From positions 1,176-65,175 of the forward strand of contig CACMZO010000003.1 of NCBI GenBank assembly GCA_902618195.1: DNA of 64,000 nt, read 5' to 3'. Below are positions 37,466 to 45,834 of this stretch, piece after piece (within the stretch, counting starts at the first letter, position 1; each line of letters starts with the position of its first letter). The notes beneath the pieces were generated by a model. It saw only the letters and a list, made by a program, of their open reading frames with translations. It searched no databases and was not told the origin of the DNA. A program made the position numbers and the translations under genes. Source of the DNA: an uncultured SAR116 cluster alpha proteobacterium (GTDB lineage: Bacteria > Pseudomonadota > Alphaproteobacteria > Puniceispirillales > Marisalimonadaceae).

Positions 37466-38932
37466 TCAAACATATGTTTGTAAAACTTTTAATAATTTAT
37501 ACATTGCTAATGTATCTAACTCACAATATTTAAGCGCATTATTAAAAAATATGGTCTCATTTTCTTTTTTTAATTCTCCCAGAAAATATTTTTCAAAATT
37601 AATTGATACTTCCATTCCACCTTGGATCTCCAGGTCATCATAACTTTCATTAGTAAACGTAGGTAATACTGCTTTGATCGACGCAGACCCATTTTGTTTT
37701 GGTGAATATAAATGTCTTGATCTAAAGGGTCTTAAAAGGTCAATCATTCTCTCATTAATCTTCAATAAATCATGTTTTATTGCAGGAAAAATATCTGATA
37801 GGGAAGAAATTACATTTTTTTCAAAACTTTGATTGTATACAATTACTGACCCAGTTTTTTTTATACTTTTCAACAATGTTTCTGCAAATTCTAATCTAAA
37901 ATCTTTTTTGTCTTTACTAATATATTCAACATGTTTTATCTCACTATTTTCATTTTCTTGAATATGCAATGAAAACTGAAATGGAATATTTTCATAAGGT
38001 TTTGAGTTTTTAAAAATTGGTATTGCTGGTCCAAAAGTTTCAAAATCTAAAAAATAATATGGAAAGATTAAAGTATCTAAAAACTTTTTAATTTCTCTCT
38101 TATTAACAAATATATCACCAGATAAATATGAGTTGACATCCACTAATTTATTACCTTTGGGATAGTCTTTTATATCAAGTTCTTTTATATCAATTGAATT
38201 ATTATTTCTATGAACTTCTTCTGCTTTTTTTGCAGAAAAAACATTAAAAATATTATATTTTGGAAGACCTTTCCAACAGTATTCTTTAAACTGACATTCC
38301 TTACAATGTGAACCAATATCTACAATCGGTTCATTTTTAACTGACAAAGATTCAATTAATTCTGAAATTTGTAAACTTATTATATTCCCTTTATGCAAAA
38401 CTTTTTTAGTAACATCAGATTTTAGAAATAATTTATTTACATCAATTTGATCACCTCTTTGATAATTTTTGTTAAGGTGAAGAACTGATAATTTTGTTAC
38501 ATTTAAACCTAATGATTTAAATACATGGTTTTGAAAACTTAAGTCTTCAACATGATAATCTTTGACACCTGTGGAACTTTTAACTTCTATTAACTCCCAA
38601 CTATCATTATCTTTTATCAAAATATCTGCTAATGCAAAAATACCTTCAGCTTTGTTAAAACCTACACCCTCATAAATTAATTTTCCACCATCATTAATAT
38701 ATTCAAAAGTTTCTTTAAAGGCATTTTCAACTTCATAGTAAGGAGATTTTGGTTGAAAACCTTTACCAAAATATTCTCTAGCTAATAAACCAACTTTATT
38801 ACCTATTTCAAATCTGTAATCTTTAAAATCATCACCTTTACAAAGTTCAGTTTTATGTAATGACAACCACAAAGACTTTTTGCAATTTAAACCATCTAAA
38901 TAATTTGACTTTGATAAAGAATTTTTCATCAT
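37466..38932 (-). CDS. DUF2779-type protein: N-terminal Cas4/RecB-like PD-(D/E)xK nuclease with a Cys cluster, plus a C-terminal DEDD/RNase-H-like exonuclease-like domain
   Basis: 'SKSNYLDGLNCKKSLWL'. 'LADILIKDNDSWELIEVKSS' is D...E-x-K. 'HCKECQFKEYC' is CX2CX5C, with an N-terminal Cys as in Cas4. C-terminal motifs: 'YFLDFETF', 'VYNQSFEKNV' and 'YCELDTLAMYKL'. Confidence 0.6.
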   Translation of the reverse strand: MMKNSLSKSNYLDGLNCKKSLWLSLHKTELCKGDDFKDYRFEIGNKVGLLAREYFGKGFQPKSPYYEVENAFKETFEYINDGGKLIYEGVGFNKAEGIFALADILIKDNDSWELIEVKSSTGVKDYHVEDLSFQNHVFKSLGLNVTKLSVLHLNKNYQRGDQIDVNKLFLKSDVTKKVLHKGNIISLQISELIESLSVKNEPIVDIGSHCKECQFKEYCWKGLPKYNIFNVFSAKKAEEVHRNNNSIDIKELDIKDYPKGNKLVDVNSYLSGDIFVNKREIKKFLDTLIFPYYFLDFETFGPAIPIFKNSKPYENIPFQFSLHIQENENSEIKHVEYISKDKKDFRLEFAETLLKSIKKTGSVIVYNQSFEKNVISSLSDIFPAIKHDLLKINERMIDLLRPFRSRHLYSPKQNGSASIKAVLPTFTNESYDDLEIQGGMEVSINFEKYFLGELKKENETIFFNNALKYCELDTLAMYKLLKVLQTYV

Positions 38933-39015
38933 ATATTTGTATTACATAAAAATTTAAGAGTTATTAATATAAGATTGAAGCAGTAACTGATGCTTATCAA
39001 ATCATTTTCAATAAA

Positions 39016-39423
39016 TTAATCTTCATTAAACCTTTGATTATTTAAATGTTTTTGAAATACAAGAGGTTCATCAATATATTTTAAAATTATTTTGCCTGAT
39101 CCTGTGCCACTAAGGTCAACGGTTCCAAAGCCAAATATACGACCTAAAAGGCTTTGCGTAAGATTAACCTCTTCAATTCTATCAAGAGAAATCTCTTCAG
39201 TATCTCTTCTTATCCATCCTATTTTTTGAATATATCTTTCATTAGTTAAAACTCTTTCAGTTGTCCATTTGTTAATCATCATTTTTAAAAATATAAAAAT
39301 TCCAATTAAAACAATTCCTAATACTAATAGATATAAAAAAGCAATTAAACTATATGTCCAATGAAATTCAACTCTATAAATTATAGTTTCATTTTTTCCA
39401 ATGGTTTTTTCTACATAACTCAT
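39016..39423 (-). CDS. Membrane protein with a bacterial PH domain (bPH_2 / YdbS-YdbT-like)
   Basis: 135 aa. A two-TM hairpin ('YSLIAFLYLLVLGIVLIGIFIFL') is followed by 'TERVLTNERYIQKIGWIRRDTEEISLDRIEEVNLTQSLLGRIFGFGTVDL', typical of bPH_2. Confidence 0.65.
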   Translation of the reverse strand: MSYVEKTIGKNETIIYRVEFHWTYSLIAFLYLLVLGIVLIGIFIFLKMMINKWTTERVLTNERYIQKIGWIRRDTEEISLDRIEEVNLTQSLLGRIFGFGTVDLSGTGSGKIILKYIDEPLVFQKHLNNQRFNED

Positions 39424-39449
39424 AAATTTTATTTACTTACTTATAGAAA

Positions 39450-39767
39450 TTATCTTCCAAAAAACCACCACACTAAGGCTGTTGTAGGGCCTAAACTTGA
39501 AGTTCCTACAGCTTTTGCAGCGTCCTTAAGATCAATTAATTTTTTACCTCCGGATGAAGACCCTTCTCTAATACTTCTGCCATCTCTTATGTTACACAAA
39601 CACTTGCCTCCCGACGAAGAACCTTCTCTAATTTCATTACTTCTCTTAATGTTGCCAAGACATTTTCCTCCAGAACTGCTGCCTTCTCTTAACTCATCAC
39701 TTCGGTTCAAATTTCCAACCGTTGTGGACCCTCTTTTAATTAAATTGCCATCAAATTTTATCGACAT
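39450..39767 (-). CDS. Small repeat protein with four ~20-aa units ('4-fold beta-flower'-like) and a short hydrophobic C-terminal tail
   Basis: Strong SD AAGGAG 6 nt upstream of ATG 39767. Units: FDGNLIKRGSTTVGNL / NRSDELREGSSSGGKCLGNI / KRSNEIREGSSSGGKCLCNI / RDGRSIREGSSSGGKKLIDL. Tail: 'GPTTALVWWFFGR'. Confidence 0.6.
   Translation of the reverse strand: MSIKFDGNLIKRGSTTVGNLNRSDELREGSSSGGKCLGNIKRSNEIREGSSSGGKCLCNIRDGRSIREGSSSGGKKLIDLKDAAKAVGTSSLGPTTALVWWFFGR
39528..39755 (-). repeat. Intragenic tandem repeat, about 60-bp period, 3 full units plus 1 shorter unit (a coding repeat)
   Basis: Units are conserved at the protein level with synonymous divergence. The Ser-Ser-Ser triplet is encoded as tct tca tcc, tct tcg tcg and agc agt tct. 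Confidence 0.8.
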
Positions 39768-39864
39768 ATTTACTCCTTTAATTCTAAATTGATTATTGTA
39801 TCAGTATAAAATATTATGAAAAAATAATAAATTAATTTGATATAGATTTTAAGGAACTATTATA

Positions 39865-41388
39865 ATGAATGTTGATGATGTACTTACTATAAAACTTAAT
39901 TCTAATGATAATGTTGCAACAGCGTTTAAAAATATTTCAAAGGGAGAAACTACCCAAAACATTAAAGCTGAAAATAATATACCAAAAGGTCATAAAATAG
40001 CTTTATCTAAGATCTTGAAAGGTGAAAAAATTATTAAATATGATCAAATTATTGGTCTAGCAAGAAATGATATAAATATAGGCGAACATGTTCATATAGA
40101 AAATACTGAGTTCAAATCAACAGAACATGATTATGAGTTTTCAACATCAATAAGGTTGCCAAATTTTGTTCCAGAAAGTAAAAGACCTTCTTTTAACGGT
40201 TTTAAAAGACCTAATGGTCAAGTAGGAACAAGAAATTATATTGGCATTTTAACTTCCGTCAATTGTTCTGCAACTGCAGCTAGGAATATTGCAAATGCTT
40301 TTGATGATAATATACTCTCACAATACCCTAACGTTGATGGAGTTGTATCTTTTACACATGGTACAGGTTGTGGAATGGCAGACTCTGGAGATGGCTTTGA
40401 AGCTTTACAAAGAGTTTTATTAGGCTATATCCAACATCCTAACTTAGCTGGGGTTCTTTTGATAGGATTAGGTTGTGAAGCCAACCAAATTAAGTTTTTA
40501 CTTGACGCTTATAACTTAAATGAAAATCCTTTTTTTCAAACAATGACTATACAAGAAATGGGAGGGTTAAGAAAAACAATTGAAGAAGGTATTAAGCGAA
40601 TACATTCAATGTTACCAGAAATCAATCAATTAAAAAGATCTCCTCAATCAGTTGAACATCTCTCACTAGCACTTCAGTGTGGTGGTTCAGACGCATGGTC
40701 AGGCATTACTTCAAATCCTGCCCTTGGTCATGCGGCAGATCTTTTAGTAAAAAATGGAGGTACTGCAGTTTTAGCAGAAACGCCTGAAATTTATGGAGCT
40801 GAACACTTGCTAACTAGGAGAGCAATAAACAAAACTGTTGGTGATAAATTAGTAGATAGAATTCTTTGGTGGGAAGATTATGTCAGTAGAAATAAAGGAA
40901 GTCTTAACAATAATCCTTCTCCTGGAAATAAGGCAGGTGGGCTTACAACTATATTAGAAAAATCTTTAGGTGCTGCTGCAAAAGGAGGAACTACGCCATT
41001 AAATGATGTACTTCTTTATGCCGAAAAAGCAAAATCTAAAGGTTTTTTATTCATGGATAGTCCTGGCTACGATCCAGCATCAGTTACTGGGCAAATAGCT
41101 ACAGGCTGTAATCTTGTAAGTTTCACAACTGGAAGAGGTTCTGCTTTTGGTTCAAAACCATCACCATCTATAAAAATAGCTACTAATACTGAAATGTATG
41201 AACATATGAAAGAAGATATGGACGTTAATGCAGGAAAAGTTGTTACAAATAATGAAAGTATTGAAACAGTTGGAAGTGAAATATTTGACCTGTTAGTTAG
41301 GGTAGCTTCTGGGGAAAAATCAAAGTCTGAAAAACAAGGTCTAGGTGATTTAGAATTTGTACCATGGCAAATTGGAGCAACGATGTAG
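39865..41388 (+). CDS. UxaA-family sugar-acid dehydratase (altronate / galactarate dehydratase-like)
   Basis: 507 aa. N-terminal SAF domain ('DNVATAFKNISKGE', 'IPKGHKIAL'). C-terminal UxaA motifs 'VNCSATAA', 'HGTGCG', 'GCEANQ' and 'TTGRGS'. Confidence 0.8.
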   Translation: MNVDDVLTIKLNSNDNVATAFKNISKGETTQNIKAENNIPKGHKIALSKILKGEKIIKYDQIIGLARNDINIGEHVHIENTEFKSTEHDYEFSTSIRLPNFVPESKRPSFNGFKRPNGQVGTRNYIGILTSVNCSATAARNIANAFDDNILSQYPNVDGVVSFTHGTGCGMADSGDGFEALQRVLLGYIQHPNLAGVLLIGLGCEANQIKFLLDAYNLNENPFFQTMTIQEMGGLRKTIEEGIKRIHSMLPEINQLKRSPQSVEHLSLALQCGGSDAWSGITSNPALGHAADLLVKNGGTAVLAETPEIYGAEHLLTRRAINKTVGDKLVDRILWWEDYVSRNKGSLNNNPSPGNKAGGLTTILEKSLGAAAKGGTTPLNDVLLYAEKAKSKGFLFMDSPGYDPASVTGQIATGCNLVSFTTGRGSAFGSKPSPSIKIATNTEMYEHMKEDMDVNAGKVVTNNESIETVGSEIFDLLVRVASGEKSKSEKQGLGDLEFVPWQIGATM

Positions 41389-41431
41389 TTAAATAAATTC
41401 AAAATAATTAAATTAAAATTAGGAGATTAAA

Positions 41432-42274
41432 ATGAAGTTACTAAGATTTGGAAACGCTGGAGAGGAAAAACCTGGATTAATTGACCAAAGTGGGAAAATA
41501 AGAGATTTATCAAGCGTAATTAATGATATAAATGGTGATACTATAGCACCAAAAAGTTTAGATAAATTAAAAAAGTTAGATACTTCTTCTTTGCCGGAAG
41601 TTAACGGTAATCCAAGAATTGGTCCTTGTGTAAACAATGTTGGTAAATTTTTATGTATTGGGCTTAACTTTTCTGATCATGCTGCTGAAACTGGAGCAGA
41701 ACCTCCTGAAGAACCAATTTTATTTTCAAAAGCGACCTCTGCGATAATTGGCCCTAATGATAATGTCGAAATACCAAGAACTTCTACTGCAACAGATTGG
41801 GAAGTCGAACTTGGAATAATAATTGGCAAAAAAACAAAGTATATTTCTGAATCTGAAGCTAAAAATCACATTGCTGGATATTGTGTTGTCAATGATGTTT
41901 CTGAGAGAGATTTCCAAATTAAAAGATCAGGGCAATGGACTAAAGGTAAATCATGTGACACATTTGGACCAATTGGCCCATATCTCGTTACAACTGATGA
42001 GATTGATAATGTGCAAAATCTTTCTATGTTTTTAGATGTAAATGGTCAAAGAATGCAAGATGGCTCTACAAAAACAATGATTTTTTCAGGAGATCATATT
42101 GTCCATTATTTATCTCAATTTATGACTTTATTTCCCGGTGATGTAATTGCAACTGGGACTCCTCCTGGGGTTGGTCTTGGTATGAAACCTCCGGTTTTTT
42201 TGAAGCCTGGGGATGTCATGAAGCTTGGGATTGAAGGGTTGGGTGAACAAAAACAAACATGTGTTGCTGGATAA
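41432..42274 (+). CDS. Fumarylacetoacetate hydrolase (FAH) family protein
   Basis: 280 aa. 'KFLCIGLNFSDHAAE', 'DWEVELGIIIGK', 'VVNDVSERDFQ' and 'PGDVIATGTPPGVG'. Confidence 0.85.
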   Translation: MKLLRFGNAGEEKPGLIDQSGKIRDLSSVINDINGDTIAPKSLDKLKKLDTSSLPEVNGNPRIGPCVNNVGKFLCIGLNFSDHAAETGAEPPEEPILFSKATSAIIGPNDNVEIPRTSTATDWEVELGIIIGKKTKYISESEAKNHIAGYCVVNDVSERDFQIKRSGQWTKGKSCDTFGPIGPYLVTTDEIDNVQNLSMFLDVNGQRMQDGSTKTMIFSGDHIVHYLSQFMTLFPGDVIATGTPPGVGLGMKPPVFLKPGDVMKLGIEGLGEQKQTCVAG

Positions 42275-42277
42275 TTC

Positions 42278-43273
42278 ATGACTAAAGGTGCTGTTATATA
42301 TGAAAAAGGCAAGCCCGATGTATTTAAATGGGAAGATATTGATGTTCCAGATCCACGAAATAATGAAGTATTAATTAAAAACACAGCTGTAGGTGTCAAT
42401 TATATAGATACCTATCATAGAAGAGGAATGCCACATCCTTGGCCAGTACCAGATCTACCTGTAGTTCTTGGAATAGAAGGTGTAGGAATTGTTGAAGATA
42501 TTGGAACAGATATTAGTGATTTTAAAAAAGGTGATCGAGTAGCTTATGCCCTTCCACCCCATGGAGCATATAGTCAAAAAAGAGTTTACCCTGCTAAAAA
42601 ATTAATAAAAGTGCCTAATGATCTAACAAATTTATCTGATAATGATTTAGCAGCTCTAATGCTTAAAGGTCTGACGGCACAATTTTTACTAAAAAGAACA
42701 TATGAGGTAAAAAAAGGTGATGTGATTTTAGTACATGCAGCTGCTGGTGGTATGGGATTAATTTTATGTCAATGGGCTAAGCACTTAGGTGCAATAATAA
42801 TAGGAACAGTAAGCTCAGAAGAAAAAGCTCAAAAAGCCAAAGATGCTGGTGCTGATTATATAGTTATTCATTCAAAAGGTGATTTTGTAAAAAAAGTTCA
42901 AGAGGTAACTGAAGGAAAAGGATGCCCAATTGTTTATGAATCAATAGGCAAAGACACTTTTAAACGATCAATGGATTGTTTGAGACCTATGGGAATTCTT
43001 GCATCATATGGACATGCATCTGGAGCACCAGAGCCAGTCGATGTAATTGAACTAGGTACAAGAGGATCTCTTTTTCTAACTAGACCAGCAATAATGCATT
43101 ATATGGAAAAAAGAGAGGATTTGGTAAAAAGCGCTAATGATTTGTTTGAAACTCTTAAAACTGGAAAAATTAAATCAAACGTTAATCATATTTATCCTCT
43201 ATCAGAAGTTAGCGAGGCACATAGAGCAATTGAAGCGAGAGAAACTATGGGGGCTACAGTTTTAGTGCCCTAA
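42278..43273 (+). CDS. NADPH:quinone oxidoreductase (Qor / zeta-crystallin family)
   Basis: 331 aa. 'VNYIDTYHRRG', 'LVHAAAGGMGLILCQWAK' and 'GKIKSNVNHIYPLSEVSEAHRAIEARETMGATVLVP'. Confidence 0.85.
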   Translation: MTKGAVIYEKGKPDVFKWEDIDVPDPRNNEVLIKNTAVGVNYIDTYHRRGMPHPWPVPDLPVVLGIEGVGIVEDIGTDISDFKKGDRVAYALPPHGAYSQKRVYPAKKLIKVPNDLTNLSDNDLAALMLKGLTAQFLLKRTYEVKKGDVILVHAAAGGMGLILCQWAKHLGAIIIGTVSSEEKAQKAKDAGADYIVIHSKGDFVKKVQEVTEGKGCPIVYESIGKDTFKRSMDCLRPMGILASYGHASGAPEPVDVIELGTRGSLFLTRPAIMHYMEKREDLVKSANDLFETLKTGKIKSNVNHIYPLSEVSEAHRAIEARETMGATVLVP

Positions 43274-44421
43274 ATATATTTATTACTTTTCATAAAAATA
43301 TTTAGTTTTTCTAAACCTCTTATAATGTCTTCGGTGCTTCTTGCATAAGAAAATCTAATCGTAGAATTGCCACGCTTTGAATCAAAATCTAATCCAGGAG
43401 TTATAGCTACTTTAGCTTCTTTTAAAACTTTATTAGCAAACTCTAAACTATCATTACAAAATTTACTTACATCCGCATATATATAAAAAGCTCCATCAGG
43501 CGAGGATATTTTAGAGAAACCTGAATCTTTCAAACCTTTTATCATTAACTTTCTATTTTCTTTATAAATATCTAAATTATTTTTTAATTCATCTTCACAA
43601 TCTAATGCATGAAGTGCCGCTATTTGACTTGCATGAGGTGCGCAAATAAACATATTTTGAGCTAATCTTTCAACTTGTCTTATATGATCTTCTGGAACAA
43701 CCATCCAACCAACTCTCCACCCTGTCATGGAGAAATATTTAGAAAATGAATTAATTACATAGCATTGATTAGTTATTTGAAGTGCTGTTATTGCTTTTTT
43801 TTCATACTCTATTCCATGATATATTTCATCGCTAATAAAAGAAATATTTTGCTCTAATGAACTTTTAATTAAACTTTCCAATTGATTATGATTTAGCATA
43901 GACCCAGTTGGATTTGCTGGAGAGGCAATTAAAACTCCAGAAAGATTTAAGCCTTTTAAATCTGAAGCAAAAGGCTGAAAATTATTTTCAAATTTTGTCT
44001 CTATTAATGCAGGCTCTAAATCTTGTGCTTTTAAAATTTGTCTATAACTTGGATAACCTGGAGAACAAATTCCAACTCTGTCTTTAGCATCAAATAATGA
44101 TGAAAAAGATAAAATAAAACCAGCTGATGATCCAGAGGTAATAATAATTCTGTTAGGGTTTAAATCCAGATTATACCAATCACCATATAATTGAGAAATT
44201 CTTTGTCTTAATTCAGGTATTCCTAATGCAACAGTATAGCCCATACTGTCATTCTTCATTATTTTTATTAGTTCTTTTTGTGCATGCATTGGGGCTGCTG
44301 TACCAGGTTGACCAACTTCCATATGGACAATATCTTCACCTCTTTCTTCAGCTTTCCTTGCATTTTCCATAACGTCCATTACAATAAATGGATCAACATT
44401 TCCTCTTTTAGATTTTCTCAT
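43270..44421 (-). CDS. Class I/II pyridoxal-phosphate aminotransferase (aspartate/aromatic-type)
   Basis: 'MEVGQP', 'ASPANPTG', 'SDEIYHGIEY' and 'NSFSKYFSMTGWRVGW' (PLP-Lys). I use ATG 44421; the track start is TTG 44430. Confidence 0.85.
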   Translation of the reverse strand: MRKSKRGNVDPFIVMDVMENARKAEERGEDIVHMEVGQPGTAAPMHAQKELIKIMKNDSMGYTVALGIPELRQRISQLYGDWYNLDLNPNRIIITSGSSAGFILSFSSLFDAKDRVGICSPGYPSYRQILKAQDLEPALIETKFENNFQPFASDLKGLNLSGVLIASPANPTGSMLNHNQLESLIKSSLEQNISFISDEIYHGIEYEKKAITALQITNQCYVINSFSKYFSMTGWRVGWMVVPEDHIRQVERLAQNMFICAPHASQIAALHALDCEDELKNNLDIYKENRKLMIKGLKDSGFSKISSPDGAFYIYADVSKFCNDSLEFANKVLKEAKVAITPGLDFDSKRGNSTIRFSYARSTEDIIRGLEKLNIFMKSNKYI

Positions 44422-44432
44422 AATACACAATA

Positions 44433-45134
44433 TTAAAACATTGATTCTAATCTACTATTTACAAGTATTTCTGCAACTGCAGCACTATTTGGTAAAGTCA
44501 ATGCATAAGATATAGTTTCTGCTATAGCTTCAGGTTCCATTTTGAATTCTCCGTCAGGAACTGTCACTTCATCTGTCATTCTTGTTCTAACCATTCCAGG
44601 ACAAACTGATGTTGCTCTAACACCATCGTCCCATCCTGAAATTCTTATCGCATTAGTTAAAGACATTGCAGCAAATTTAGATGCTGAATAACCTAATATT
44701 TTTGGATTTCTTGGTCTTTTACCAGCAAGAGATACAACGTTAATTATTCTACCTGACCCTGTTTTTCTTAACTCAGGCAGAGCTTCTCTGACAAGTCTTA
44801 ATGGCCCCTTGAAATTAACTTCAAACATTTCATCAAATTCTTCTTCACTATCACCTTCTAAATCACCTCCAAGTTCAACACCAGCATTCATAACCAAGCC
44901 ATCAATTTTCCCAAAATGTGAAATAGTTTCAAACACCCAATAATTAGATAGTTTTTTTTCTTTTGCATCCCACATGCATTTAAAAACATTATTTCCACCT
45001 ACTTTAATTTCGCCTGGATTTCTTGCAGCTAAACTTAAAATACAGCCTTTTTCTTTAAGAAGTTTAGCAGTTGCATAACCAATTCCCCTATTCGCACCTG
45101 ATATCATTATAACTTTATTTTTTAAATCTATCAT
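44433..45134 (-). CDS. SDR family oxidoreductase
   Basis: 'VIMISGANRGIGYATA', 'NAGV' and 'YSASKFAA'. Confidence 0.85.
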   Translation of the reverse strand: MIDLKNKVIMISGANRGIGYATAKLLKEKGCILSLAARNPGEIKVGGNNVFKCMWDAKEKKLSNYWVFETISHFGKIDGLVMNAGVELGGDLEGDSEEEFDEMFEVNFKGPLRLVREALPELRKTGSGRIINVVSLAGKRPRNPKILGYSASKFAAMSLTNAIRISGWDDGVRATSVCPGMVRTRMTDEVTVPDGEFKMEPEAIAETISYALTLPNSAAVAEILVNSRLESMF

Positions 45135-45144
45135 CAGAACCTCA

Positions 45145-45750
45145 TTAATTTTTTAAAACCTCTAAGGCTCTTTTCTTAATTTTATCATAATTATCGTCAT
45201 TTTTTGGTGCTATCCAACTTCCACCAACACACAAAACATTTTTTTGAGATAACCATGAGAAATAATTATCGCTATTAATTCCTCCTGTAGGACAAAATGA
45301 AACATCAGGAAATGGACCACTTAAAGAATTCAAATATGATATACCACCAAGTGGCTCAGCAGGAAAAAGTTTTAGAAATTTACAATCAAATTTTAGACAA
45401 GATATGATTTCTGATGCAGTTGAAACACCTGGAATATATGAAAAATTATTCTCTTTTGCATATTTAATAATTTCAGTTTCGAAACCAGGACTTATTCCAA
45501 AATCTGCCCCTATATCTATAGTACGTTTAAGTTGATCAACGTTAACAATAGTACCAACACCAAGAATCAAATCGGGAAATTTTTTCCGAATAAATTTTAT
45601 ATTATCAAAAGCCTTATCATTTCTAAGTGTAATTTCTACTGTATTTATTTTCCCATCAATTAAAGCATTTATAAGTTTTTCTGGATCAACATTTTTTTCT
45701 ATATTTAAAATTGGTAAAACATTTATATTTTCAAAGTTTAAATTTTTCAT
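45145..45750 (-). CDS. eda: 2-dehydro-3-deoxy-phosphogluconate / 4-hydroxy-2-oxoglutarate aldolase
   Basis: 201 aa. 'VEITLRN', 'LGVGTIV', 'ISPG', 'IPGVSTASE', 'KLFPA' and 'FCPTGGI'. Confidence 0.75.
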   Translation of the reverse strand: MKNLNFENINVLPILNIEKNVDPEKLINALIDGKINTVEITLRNDKAFDNIKFIRKKFPDLILGVGTIVNVDQLKRTIDIGADFGISPGFETEIIKYAKENNFSYIPGVSTASEIISCLKFDCKFLKLFPAEPLGGISYLNSLSGPFPDVSFCPTGGINSDNYFSWLSQKNVLCVGGSWIAPKNDDNYDKIKKRALEVLKN

Positions 45751-45834
45751 TTTTTTATTTTTAAATTATCTTTTATTCAAAGTTGAATTATGCTTTTTAT
45801 TACATATTATTCAATATTTAATTAAGGAGAAATA

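Noticed and set aside
38978-38995. Possible terminator hairpin (aagca-N8-tgctt) downstream of the bPH2 gene
   Set aside because: The stem is only 5 bp and there is no convincing U-tract. It is too weak to call.
39528-39755. Periodic ~60-bp repeats considered as a possible CRISPR array or other non-coding repeat array
   Set aside because: The units are contiguous with no unique spacers, lie in frame inside an ORF, and diverge mainly at synonymous positions. This is a coding tandem repeat. No cas genes are present.
32526-39767. Interpretation of the accessory island as a prophage or an integrative element
   Set aside because: I found no integrase, transposase, capsid, terminase, tail or lysis genes, and no flanking direct repeats or tRNA at its borders. 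NT5C and GIY-YIG genes are phage-like but not sufficient. It is better described as a defence-type or hypervariable island.
39361-39792. 143-aa plus-strand ORF covering the repeat region (Pro/Leu-rich 'LPPDEDPSLILLPSLML...')
   Set aside because: It overlaps the 5' end of the bPH2 gene and has no SD. The minus-strand ORF has a strong AAGGAG SD, and its synonymous variation preserves the minus-strand amino-acid repeat.
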